The notes under the pieces were generated by a model. It worked only from the letters and a program-made list of their open reading frames with translations. It made no database searches and was not told the origin of the DNA. Below are positions 38,299 to 47,041 of a DNA stretch of 64,000 bases, one piece after another (position 1 is the stretch's first letter; every line of letters begins with the position of its first letter). A program made the position numbers and the translations under genes. The stretch comes from an uncultured Spirochaetaceae bacterium (GTDB lineage Bacteria; Spirochaetota; Spirochaetia; DSM-16054; Sediminispirochaetaceae), in NCBI GenBank assembly GCA_964346645.1, contig CAYFVU010000003.1, positions 7,157-71,156 of the forward strand. The letters run 5' to 3'.

Positions 38299-38559
38299 TT
38301 ATTTCCGCGAGACCCAGAGCCGCTCGGCCATGCGCCGCCCCAGCATAAGACGGGTTCCCCCTATCTCGAGCAGAAGGGGGCCGAATCCGGCGTTCTGCAG
38401 TACCTTGACCCTCGCAGATTCGCGCAGGCCTATCTGCAGGACCTTTGCGCGAAAGGATTGTCCGCCCTTTATGGATATCATCCGGCAGGACTCACCCCTT
38501 CTGATCTCCGAGATGGTGGTTACTGACGATGCGGCACTGCGTGCGGGCTTGCGTGTCAT
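38299..38559 (-). CDS. FeoA-family protein (second copy)
   Basis: 86 aa, …IGLRESARVKVLQNAGFGPLLLEIGG…. GGAGAA RBS. Confidence 0.7.
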   Translation of the reverse strand: MTRKPARSAASSVTTISEIRRGESCRMISIKGGQSFRAKVLQIGLRESARVKVLQNAGFGPLLLEIGGTRLMLGRRMAERLWVSRK

Positions 38560-38566
38560 GACTTCT

Positions 38567-38592
38567 CCATAGTTAATATGTATTAACTATGG
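38567..38592. promoter_or_regulatory. 26-bp near-perfect palindrome CCATAGTTAATATGTATTAACTATGG (candidate DtxR-family operator; overlaps the feoA RBS)
   Basis: 12 + 12 nt dyad with only the central pair mismatched. It ends 8 nt upstream of the feoA ATG. Confidence 0.5.
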
Positions 38593-38628
38593 CACAGTAG
38601 AGCATGTACTTACCGTTTTTGTCAAGAT

Positions 38629-38644
38629 GTTAATACTTATTAAC
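38629..38644. promoter_or_regulatory. second copy of dyad core GTTAATAnnTATTAAC
   Basis: GTTAATACTTATTAAC shares the core and the right flank CTATG with 38567..38592. On the minus strand a TTGACA hexamer (38619-38624) lies between the two dyads. Confidence 0.45.
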
Positions 38645-38723
38645 TATGAATTTTCAGAAGAAGGCACCAAAGAGGATAAAAAAAGAAGCTCCTTAGAGGA
38701 TTATCTACCGGGTGTGTGCCGTA

Positions 38724-39407
38724 CTACGCTTCTGCGTAACAGAAGTGTCGTGCGTAATCCAACGGGATCCGGAAGTTGTCGCCTCCCGTTCGCTTGCGCA
38801 CCTCCAGACCATCGTTCGTTCGGGAGAGGAGCCTCAGCGGGGTTCCCGGTTTCAGCTTCCTGCGAAAACAGAAGTCGAGCAGCCCTTCCACCTCCTCACC
38901 CTCCTCGGTAATGCGGATGAGGGTAACATCCTCACCTACCAGTGCATCGACGAGTCTGGGGGCCCCGATAAGCTCCTCCTCCCGCTCCGTGTCGGGAAAG
39001 GGATTTCCGTGCGGACAGGTCTGCGGCCGGCCGAGCTGCTCTTCCATGTGCCGTGTAAGGTCCTCACTTATGATATCCTGCAGCCGTTTTGCCTCCCTGT
39101 CCGAATTCTCCCAGGGATAGCCGAGCATATCGACGAGCACATGCTCGAGCAGGTAGTGACGCTCCAGTACATCCTTCGCCAGTTCATTACCCTCCTCGGT
39201 GAGCTGAATTACCCCGTACCGGTCCTGATGCACCAGATCGAGCTTCGCCAGTCGCTTGATGGATTGGGTAACCGCGGATTTGGAGACACCAAGCCTCTCG
39301 GAGAGACGGATGTTGTTTACCTTTTTGTATTCTCGCTGTATGAGGAATATTTGAGATAGGTAATCCGCGGCGGCGGGGAATTTGCTGTGAAGTGTGTTCA
39401 GATCCAT
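38724..39407 (-). CDS. DtxR/MntR-family metal-dependent repressor with C-terminal FeoA/SH3-like domain
   Basis: HTH (IRLSERLGVSKSAVTQSIKRL), metal/dimerisation helix (RHYLLEHVL…), PHGNPFP, then an SH3-like tail. ATG is at 39407; the ORF-track start 39416 is TTG. Confidence 0.8.
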   Translation of the reverse strand: MDLNTLHSKFPAAADYLSQIFLIQREYKKVNNIRLSERLGVSKSAVTQSIKRLAKLDLVHQDRYGVIQLTEEGNELAKDVLERHYLLEHVLVDMLGYPWENSDREAKRLQDIISEDLTRHMEEQLGRPQTCPHGNPFPDTEREEELIGAPRLVDALVGEDVTLIRITEEGEEVEGLLDFCFRRKLKPGTPLRLLSRTNDGLEVRKRTGGDNFRIPLDYARHFCYAEA

Positions 39408-39415
39408 ACTCTTCA

Positions 39416-39444
39416 AAAATACCTACGGAAGCCGGAGAGGTCAA
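39416..39444 (-). promoter_or_regulatory. sigma70-like promoter TTGACC - 17 nt - TATTTT ending 8 nt before the repressor ATG (leaderless candidate)
   Basis: Minus strand reads TTGACCTCTCCGGCTTCCGTAGGTATTTTTGAAGAGTATG. Confidence 0.35.
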
Positions 39445-39554
39445 GCTGCCGCACATAGTACGTATACGGGCCGCACATGCTGCGCTTGGGTTCAGGCCTC
39501 GACCTCGAGTTCTGACATATGGTGATGTGCGGCCAATGCGGAACTACAAAATAC

Positions 39555-40520
39555 TTACTCCTCCATCATCCCCAGCACCGCCTTCACACCGGCGAGGTTC
39601 TTCTCAAACTCCGGACCGGAGCGGCCGGAGAGCTCTATCACCATCGCGGGAATACCCTTACTGTAGAAAAAGCCGGTGGAGGCGCCGGTAATGCGGTAGC
39701 CCACCAGTGAGCGTTCGGGTATGGGGTAGCCGGAGGCCGCCGAGTAGCGGCGTGCATAGCGGAGGGCCGGCTCCCACTGCTGCCGCTTGCCGGCGTAGTA
39801 GATGCCGTTCGCCGCACTATGGTAGGAGATGACGAGATCCGGCCGCGTATTCAACACGAAGTCTCGGAGCACCCTGGTCTCCGGCTCGCTGAAGGGGCGG
39901 TCCCCCGCGTCTACCTCCTGCGATCTCCAGTAGGCGACGGGTTCCCAGCGGTTGTCCCAGTTCCTGTTCAGATCCACCCCGTTGGCATTCAGCCTTCCCT
40001 TTTCTATCGGCAGGGAGGAGAAATTAACCTCGCTCAGGGGACGTCCTCCGGTTACCGCGTGGAGGCCGTCGGGATTGACCACGGGTATGATGTAGAGGCG
40101 GATGCCGTCGGGGAGCGCAGTTCCGTCGGATTCGAAGTGGGAAATGATCCGGCCGGTAAGGGCTACGGTGTTCCACTCGTAGCCTCCGTGTATGCCGCCG
40201 TAGAGCAGCAGCGTCGCCTCTGCCTCCTCCCCCGGAGCCGGCCCGAATCGGACTGCCTCTATGGGCCGCCCCTCCACCGATCGGCCTATCTCCCGCCTCT
40301 CGGGCGCCCCGTTTCCGGGTTCCCCATTTCCGATCTCCCAATTCACGGGCTCCCGTTTCCCCGGCTCTTCGGCGGAGAGCGGAGCGGGCACCGCGATGGC
40401 AGCGGCTGCACCCAGGGCGAACGCGACGGCCGCAACGAGGGCGGGTATAAGTGGAAGCGAGAGCTTGCATGCGGCCGCCGGCGCTGTGACCGCCGTGCGC
40501 ACGAATATGCTCATGCCCAC
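39555..40520 (-). CDS. M14-family zinc carboxypeptidase-like protein (secreted)
   Basis: Signal/TM region followed by LLYGGIHGGYEWNT (HxxE zinc motif) and NANGVDLNRNW. Confidence 0.7.
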   Translation of the reverse strand: MGMSIFVRTAVTAPAAACKLSLPLIPALVAAVAFALGAAAAIAVPAPLSAEEPGKREPVNWEIGNGEPGNGAPERREIGRSVEGRPIEAVRFGPAPGEEAEATLLLYGGIHGGYEWNTVALTGRIISHFESDGTALPDGIRLYIIPVVNPDGLHAVTGGRPLSEVNFSSLPIEKGRLNANGVDLNRNWDNRWEPVAYWRSQEVDAGDRPFSEPETRVLRDFVLNTRPDLVISYHSAANGIYYAGKRQQWEPALRYARRYSAASGYPIPERSLVGYRITGASTGFFYSKGIPAMVIELSGRSGPEFEKNLAGVKAVLGMMEE

Positions 40521-41368
40521 TTACCCTCCTCGCAGTAGCGGATCTGCAGCCCCGAACCGATCTCCCGCAGCGGCGCTGCCTGCGCGAGGCGCAGCCTGCT
40601 GCGGAAGTCGGTGCAGTGGCAGGCGCTGAGCCGGGACAATTCGAGACCGGCAAGGTACTCGACGGTGCCCTCGAGCTGCCGTTCGGAAGGCTCGAGGAGG
40701 TGGAATCCGCCGATGATGTCGTAGACCCTGTCCAGTCCTGTGACCCTCTTTGCCTGCTCCACTATGTTGCAAATCCCCGCGTGGGAGCATCCGGTGATCA
40801 CCACGATTCCATCCCCGCAGACATAGGCGAGGGCGCTGTCGTCGGGCAGGTCGTCGGGAACCTCCTCTCCGGCCTCTCCACGCAGGCCGATGGGACCGGG
40901 GTTCTCGAAGTCGTGCCTCCGCTCGATCTCCCCGAGAAAGACGAGACGTTCGCTGAGCCAGACCGGTTCGCGGCTCTCTCGGATCCGCATATGGGCGGAA
41001 CAGGCCCGCCTGGAGACCGAAATGCCGATGGAGAACGAGTTCTCTATTACCTTGGGAACGAATACCTCGGGATGTGCGACTATTTCGGGACAGTGCGCCC
41101 CGCTGTCTTCGAAACGCCGCTCCATGCAGCGCTTGATCAGAGACTCGAGCCCTCCGGTGTGGTCGATGTGCCCGTGCGAAAGGACGAGGTAGTCGGACGA
41201 CAACGGGTCGATGCCGAGTTTGGCCGCGTTCTGCAAGAACACATCCGAATAGCCGACGTCGAAGAGCACGCGCAGGCTCTCGTCCTCGATGAGATAGGAG
41301 ACCGCCGGTTCGGCGAGAAAGTAGCGATCGATGATGGTGGAGTTGTCCACGAGTACCGTCAGTTTCAT
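40511..41368 (-). CDS. MBL-fold metallo-hydrolase
   Basis: LVLSHGHIDHTGG motif. N-terminus MKLTVLVDNST is typical of the COG1237-type MBL proteins. Confidence 0.75.
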   Translation of the reverse strand: MKLTVLVDNSTIIDRYFLAEPAVSYLIEDESLRVLFDVGYSDVFLQNAAKLGIDPLSSDYLVLSHGHIDHTGGLESLIKRCMERRFEDSGAHCPEIVAHPEVFVPKVIENSFSIGISVSRRACSAHMRIRESREPVWLSERLVFLGEIERRHDFENPGPIGLRGEAGEEVPDDLPDDSALAYVCGDGIVVITGCSHAGICNIVEQAKRVTGLDRVYDIIGGFHLLEPSERQLEGTVEYLAGLELSRLSACHCTDFRSRLRLAQAAPLREIGSGLQIRYCEEGKWA

Positions 41369-41475
41369 GTTGCGAGCATACTACGTTTCTCGTCGTCAGT
41401 ACAGTCCACCCTTTCTTCAGCGAGGCTCGTCTTCTTTGCGCCGGATCTTGTTCTTGCGGCAACGGCCCTCGGCCC

Positions 41476-42966
41476 CTACACGTCGAACTTTCTCAGGGTC
41501 TTCGTGCTCACCCGCTCCGGCAGGGGTCCGGAGCCGGCACCGCGGCTGGTCACCTGTTCCTCGGATATCCCTGCTTCCTTGGCCACGAGGCTGCGCACCC
41601 TCGGACCGCAGAACTGCCCCTGGCACGGACCCATGCCGGCCCGGGTCCTCCGCTTTACCCCGTCGAGCGAGGTAATGGGAATGCCGCGGCGCAGCGCGTC
41701 GACAATGACCTGCTCGGAGATCTGCTCGCAACGGCAGACGATGCGCTCGGGATTCCCCTCAGACAGCTCGATACGCTCCTTTACCTCGGGAAAGGGTCTG
41801 AGCTCGTAGGACCGTATTATCGGAGTCCGTTCAGCGACGAAACTCGACTTGGGCTGCAGCCGGAGGCCCGCCTGCTCCAGATGTCCGCTTATCCGCTCCG
41901 CGATAGCCGGAGCCGAGGTGAGCCCGGGCGAGTCGATGCCGGCGGCGTGTAAGAGTCCCGGTGCCGAGCTCGAAGGCCCGATGACGAAGTCTTTCCCCGC
42001 TTCCGTGGCGCGCACACCCGAGAAAGAGCGGATAACCTTGAGCAGGTCGAAGTTCGGGATGCTCTTGCGCGCGGTAGAGACTATGTAGCGGATGATCTCC
42101 TCGTTCGTGCCCGTGTCGTACCTGTCGGGGATCTCCTCCGAGTTGGGACCTACCATGAGGTTTCCCCACACGGTGGAGGTAACGAGAACACCCTTGCCGT
42201 GCTTCGTAGGTGCCTGAAATATCACGTGAGAGGCGAGCTTGCCTGTCCCGCGCTGAAATATGAGGTACTGCCCCTGCCTCGGGTGGATATCGATGCTCGC
42301 GTCGCCGGCGAGGGCGGCCACCTTGTCGCTGTTTACCCCCGCGGCATTGACGACGAAGTCGGCGAAGAGCTCGTAAGGGGAGGAGGAGTCGGGCCCGACC
42401 GCATCGATGCGGAAGTGGCCCCCCTGCCGCTCGATTGCGACGGCTTCACTCTTTACGCGGAGATCGAGGCCGTTCGCCACCGCGTTCTCCGCGAGGGCAA
42501 TGCAGAACTCGTAGGGGCTTACGGTGCCGGTCTCCCGACAGAGAAGGGCCGAGCGGGCCTGCGGCCCCACCTCCGGCTCGATCCTCTCGAGCTCGTTTCG
42601 ATCGATTATCTCGAGCTCCTCTACCCCGTTTTTTCGTCCGTTCTCTATGAGCTCCTCCAATCGCCGCTTCTCCTCCTCGGAGAAGGCGAGGACGAGCGAG
42701 CCGTTCCGGCGAAAAGGAAATCCCAGTGTATCTGCGAGCTCGTCGAAGCGGCGGTTACCATCGATGCTGAGCTCCCCCTTGAGCGTGCCGTGCTTGGCCG
42801 TGTAGCCCCCGTGGACGATGCCGCTGTTCGCCTTCGTCGCGCCGACGGAGACGTCGTCACCCTGCTCGAGTAGGGTGACACTCACATCGTAGCGTGAGAG
42901 CTCACGCGCAATGGCGGTGCCGACGACTCCGCCGCCGATGATGCATACATCGTGGTATTCCCGCAT
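41476..42966 (-). CDS. FAD-dependent oxidoreductase (glycerol-3-phosphate dehydrogenase-like) with C-terminal BFD-like [2Fe-2S] domain
   Basis: DVCIIGGGVVGTAIAREL dinucleotide fold. C-terminal CRCEQIS…GPCQGQFC Cys pattern. Confidence 0.75.
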   Translation of the reverse strand: MREYHDVCIIGGGVVGTAIARELSRYDVSVTLLEQGDDVSVGATKANSGIVHGGYTAKHGTLKGELSIDGNRRFDELADTLGFPFRRNGSLVLAFSEEEKRRLEELIENGRKNGVEELEIIDRNELERIEPEVGPQARSALLCRETGTVSPYEFCIALAENAVANGLDLRVKSEAVAIERQGGHFRIDAVGPDSSSPYELFADFVVNAAGVNSDKVAALAGDASIDIHPRQGQYLIFQRGTGKLASHVIFQAPTKHGKGVLVTSTVWGNLMVGPNSEEIPDRYDTGTNEEIIRYIVSTARKSIPNFDLLKVIRSFSGVRATEAGKDFVIGPSSSAPGLLHAAGIDSPGLTSAPAIAERISGHLEQAGLRLQPKSSFVAERTPIIRSYELRPFPEVKERIELSEGNPERIVCRCEQISEQVIVDALRRGIPITSLDGVKRRTRAGMGPCQGQFCGPRVRSLVAKEAGISEEQVTSRGAGSGPLPERVSTKTLRKFDV

Positions 42967-42972
42967 ACCGTG

Positions 42973-45186
42973 TTACTCTGCCGGAGTTATTCCGGTTTCC
43001 TCCTCTCCGCCGTCTCCGCTCCTATAACCCGATCCGGCATCGTAGCCGGCGCGGTTCTGCCGGCCGGTATCGCCGCCGCCGTAGCCGCCGCCCTGAGCAC
43101 CTTGATTACTCGGCCCGGCGATCTGTTGCCGGCCGGCTCCGGTATCCTTCAGGCGGAACTGGGCGATCATCGACTTGAGCTGTTGCGCCTGGCCCGCGAG
43201 CTCCTCGGCCGCCGAGGCGCTCTCCTCTGCGCTGGCCGTGTTCGCCTGGGTCACCTGATCGATCTGGTCGAGACCCTCGGTTATCTGCTCTATCGCCTGG
43301 GACTGATCCCTGTTGGCCTGACTGATCTCCTCGAGAAAATCGGAGACCTTGTTGATGCCCTCCACGATACTCTGCAGTTGATCGCTGGTCTCCTGGGCCG
43401 CGGCGGTGCCCTTCTTTATGCTCTCTATCGTCTCCTCGACCATCCGCGTGGTCTCGGTGACCGATTCGCCACTCCGGTTGGCGAGATTCCGCACCTCCTC
43501 AGCCACTACGGCGAAGCCCTTCCCGTACTTGCCGGCACGGGCCGCCTCGACGTTGGCATTGAGAGCAAGGAGGTTGATCTGGAAGGAGATGTCGTCTATG
43601 ACCTTCACCACCTTGTTTATCTCGTCGGAGGAGGCGTTTATCTCCTCCATCGAAGAGTTGAGCTCCTGCATCTTCCGATTGCCCGCCTCGGCGTTTTGGC
43701 TCGCCTCCTTGGAGAGCTTGTTCGCCTCCATCGCGCTCTGGGCATTCTGCTTGGATTGGCTGTTTATCTGGTTGATCGAGGAGCTGATCTCCTCGAGGCT
43801 GCTCGCCTGCTCCGTGGCGCCCTGACTGAGACTCTGGCTCGCCTGAGATACCTGATCGGAGCCGGAGGTCACCTGCTCTATCGCCTGGGAGACCTGGCTG
43901 AGAAGATCGTTTAGCGATCTGTTCATCTGGTCGAGGGACTTGCCTAGGCCGTCCTTCTCCGAGGCGAGCCGCACGTCATCGGTCAGATCGCCGTCGGCGA
44001 TCTTCTCGGCCACCCCGGCCTTTTGCCGCATCGCATCCACCATTCCGTTGAGGGCGTCGGCGAGTCTGCCGATCTCGTCCCCCTGCTTCACATTCACCGT
44101 CGCTTCGAGATCGCCGGCGGCGACCTCACGGGCAAAACTGACTCCCTCGAGCAGCGGTTTGACGATGCCCCGGGCGATGACCACGGCGAAGAGGATACCG
44201 AGCAGCACAGATACAATGCTTATTACTATTACCGCCGTCTGCGTGTTCCTTGCCGCCGAGAGCATCGCCTGGTCGGTCATCACGTTTTCGGCGGTGGTGT
44301 GGACGATCTCCTGGAGCAGCGACTGCACCTCCCCGAGCGCCGCAGTGGTATCCGAGGCATATATCCTGCTCGCCTCGTCGAGCTGGGCGAGCTTCTCGTC
44401 GTGCCAGCCGATGAGGTTGTCTATCGCATCGAGGGTCTCGTAGGCGAGCGGCTTGGTGTTCTCCATGTAGTAGCTGCGCATCGCATCCTTGCGTCCCTCC
44501 GCGAGATTCTCCGAAATAACGATCGCACTCTCGTGCAGCTCCTTGTGTGGCTCATAGATCGGCTCTATCGCCTCGTCGAAGGCGGAGTCCGATGCGCGCT
44601 TCTCCTCCACCTCATCGGAGTAGAGGTACTGTCCGAGACTGCACTGAGTGTGGTCGAGCTCTACGTTGGTAAAGGAGTTCATCTGCGGATCGACAAAGAC
44701 GTCCTTTACCCGATGGGCCCAGGCGAGGTGGTCCACTTTCTTCTCGCGCAGGAAATTGCCGAGCTCCCTGTTTACCTCTGTATATTTCTCCCCCACCCTC
44801 ACGGCAGACTCGTGGAGTTGCGTGTGGGGCTCCTCGATAGCGGAGAGCAGCGGTTTGAGCTCGGGAACCATCTGCTCGGCCTCCCTCCGGGCGTCGCTGT
44901 AGTACCACTTACCGAAGGCACACTTGGTGGGATCGGTCTCTACCAGGAGCTCGTCCACCTCCTCGTCGCTCAGGAGCTTGTTGAGGTCGACCGTCCAGTT
45001 GAGGTGGTCGACCTCCCGCTGTGTGATATTGCCCCTCAACTCGTTTCCCTCGATGACTTCGGAGGCGTTGGCCACGATGTCCCGGATACCGAGAAACGAC
45101 CACGCGCCCACTACGATGAGCAGGACCACAACGACTCCGAAACCAACGGTAAATTTACCACTGAGCCTTACGTCTTTCCATGCCAT
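42973..45186 (-). CDS. methyl-accepting chemotaxis protein with periplasmic tandem CZB-like domains and HAMP
   Basis: Two TM segments, HAMP, and a conserved MCP signalling hairpin (…[14 protein letters not shown]…). ATG 45186 is preceded by GGGGGT; the ORF-track start is 45270. Confidence 0.85.
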   Translation of the reverse strand: MAWKDVRLSGKFTVGFGVVVVLLIVVGAWSFLGIRDIVANASEVIEGNELRGNITQREVDHLNWTVDLNKLLSDEEVDELLVETDPTKCAFGKWYYSDARREAEQMVPELKPLLSAIEEPHTQLHESAVRVGEKYTEVNRELGNFLREKKVDHLAWAHRVKDVFVDPQMNSFTNVELDHTQCSLGQYLYSDEVEEKRASDSAFDEAIEPIYEPHKELHESAIVISENLAEGRKDAMRSYYMENTKPLAYETLDAIDNLIGWHDEKLAQLDEASRIYASDTTAALGEVQSLLQEIVHTTAENVMTDQAMLSAARNTQTAVIVISIVSVLLGILFAVVIARGIVKPLLEGVSFAREVAAGDLEATVNVKQGDEIGRLADALNGMVDAMRQKAGVAEKIADGDLTDDVRLASEKDGLGKSLDQMNRSLNDLLSQVSQAIEQVTSGSDQVSQASQSLSQGATEQASSLEEISSSINQINSQSKQNAQSAMEANKLSKEASQNAEAGNRKMQELNSSMEEINASSDEINKVVKVIDDISFQINLLALNANVEAARAGKYGKGFAVVAEEVRNLANRSGESVTETTRMVEETIESIKKGTAAAQETSDQLQSIVEGINKVSDFLEEISQANRDQSQAIEQITEGLDQIDQVTQANTASAEESASAAEELAGQAQQLKSMIAQFRLKDTGAGRQQIAGPSNQGAQGGGYGGGDTGRQNRAGYDAGSGYRSGDGGEEETGITPAE

Positions 45187-45417
45187 AATTCTTACCCCCT
45201 TACTCCACTTCCCAATAGTATAAAAGATGAGAGAAGATAATAAAATAATTTTTTTAATTAAAATAAACATTATTTATTTAATAATAAAACTTACTTTCCT
45301 GAGAGAGCCTCTAACCGGCGATTCCTGAAGTAGAGGACGGGCCATGCGGAGCCGAAACAGAGCAGCATGAGAATTTCGAATGGACTCATAGACCTCTCCT
45401 TGTATAGTATCGTGCGA

Positions 45418-46134
45418 TCACAGTATCAGATAGAGTCCGAGAAAGAAGAGTATCTGAATGACCCCATAGTAAAGCGGAAGAAGGGAGGTAAAGGTGATTC
45501 GCAAGAGCCGGAAGAGTGTCGATGCTCCGAGGGCGATCAAGAACCAAGCCGCATAGTTCCGGAGAGGTATATACCCGTCGGTCCAGGTCCAGTAGTCCAG
45601 TCTGATCGCCACCGGCTCCATGATGTAGTCGAAGATGAGCGCCGCCGCCGCGGGCACCGCCACCGAAGCAATACCCGCGGCGAGGCGGACCGACCTCCGC
45701 TCCGCCACCTTGCTGCGGATGAAGAGGTGCTGGCTGCCCCTCAGAAAGCCAAGAATTACCAACACCCAGTTGAAGCCGATGATCATCGGCACCTCGAAGA
45801 GATGGAAACCGAGAACCGTCCCGTACTCATAGGCGCCGAAGACCGAACCCGTTGCCACTCCTATTGCCTCCAAGGAGAACGTAACCAGGTAGGTCGCCAC
45901 TACCCACAGCCTTCCCGCCCCGCCGGTCTGCCGCCAATAGGGAACAACAACCACGAGACCCGCGACCAGGAGGAACCAGGGAGTGAGGAGCAGCATGAAC
46001 TCCCTGGTAATGCTCGAGTAGTGACCGAACACGCCCACCAAGTAGAAGACGGCGATGACGGACGCCGTCCCGTAATCGCGTGACAGGAAATTTCGCACCT
46101 TATCCAGTGCGGTGTGTTTATCCGTGCCGTTCAC
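45418..46134 (-). CDS. carotenoid biosynthesis membrane protein (PF04240/DUF422-like; CruF-type hydratase family)
   Basis: Polytopic 238-aa protein resembling the Caroten_synth family (…FGAYEYG…PMIIGFNW…DYWTW…). Sits next to the phytoene synthase gene. Confidence 0.6.
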   Translation of the reverse strand: MNGTDKHTALDKVRNFLSRDYGTASVIAVFYLVGVFGHYSSITREFMLLLTPWFLLVAGLVVVVPYWRQTGGAGRLWVVATYLVTFSLEAIGVATGSVFGAYEYGTVLGFHLFEVPMIIGFNWVLVILGFLRGSQHLFIRSKVAERRSVRLAAGIASVAVPAAAALIFDYIMEPVAIRLDYWTWTDGYIPLRNYAAWFLIALGASTLFRLLRITFTSLLPLYYGVIQILFFLGLYLIL

Positions 46135-46222
46135 CTCGAATACTCTCCTCTTTTTCTGCGTCGCACTTTCTCCAAACCTCTCTGATTCTGCTGTAGTTCA
46201 CCACAGCAGCCCCGACAGCCCA

Positions 46223-47041
46223 TCAACCCGAGATCAGGTTCTTCAACAACTGGAGAATGATACGCCCCTTGGCCGGCTTCACCTTCTTCTGATACACAAC
46301 GAAGGGATTCTTCTCTATCTGCGACGCCGTCCACAGGTACATCTCCGCAGCGGTGCGTATCGGAACCCGGTACCGCTTGGGTATGAAGCGGTACCCCTCC
46401 TCGGCGCTCTCCTGCCAGCCCCGGTACAGCTCGATCTGCTGCGAGTGAAAATCTACGAACTGCCGGGGATGGCTCCTCACGTACTCCTCGTCGAGCGTCT
46501 CGAGTTCGCTCCCCTCCAAGGGGAGATACCTGCGGCCGAGCTCGAGGTCCTCCTTAATATCCCGAATGAAATTGATATACTGCATGGCGCGTCCCTGCAG
46601 TGCCGCCGCACTCAAGGCCTCATCCGGCAAACCGAGGATACGGGACATAAAAAAACCTATAACCTCCGCCGAGCCGTAGATGTACTGCAGGGTTTCATCG
46701 AGGCTGTCGTACACTCTCTTGTGGAGGTCCGCCTCCATGGAGGAGAGAAAGGCCTCGGTCCAGGCAGGCTCGAAGTTGCGTCGCTCCTCGAGCTCTACAT
46801 AGCGGTCTATGATCGGATCGTCCGCAGGCGTACCCTCACGCGCCCGTACATAGGCCTCCTTAAAGCGGTAGAATCCGTCCGCATCTTGCGGCACCTCGTC
46901 GACGAAGTTGTCCGCAATCCGGACGAAGCCGTAGAGGTAGAAGACCTCCTTCCTTATTTCCGGCGGAAAGAAGAGGCTGCTGTTGAAGTAGGTGGTGCTT
47001 CCCTGCTTGAAGGCGCGGTAATGCGGACCACTTTTATCCAT
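46223..47041 (-). CDS. phytoene/squalene synthase-family protein
   Basis: YFNSSLFFPPEIRKEVFYLYGFVRIADNFVDE (first Asp-rich motif) and …FIRDIKEDLELGRRYLP (second motif). Confidence 0.75.
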   Translation of the reverse strand: MDKSGPHYRAFKQGSTTYFNSSLFFPPEIRKEVFYLYGFVRIADNFVDEVPQDADGFYRFKEAYVRAREGTPADDPIIDRYVELEERRNFEPAWTEAFLSSMEADLHKRVYDSLDETLQYIYGSAEVIGFFMSRILGLPDEALSAAALQGRAMQYINFIRDIKEDLELGRRYLPLEGSELETLDEEYVRSHPRQFVDFHSQQIELYRGWQESAEEGYRFIPKRYRVPIRTAAEMYLWTASQIEKNPFVVYQKKVKPAKGRIILQLLKNLISG

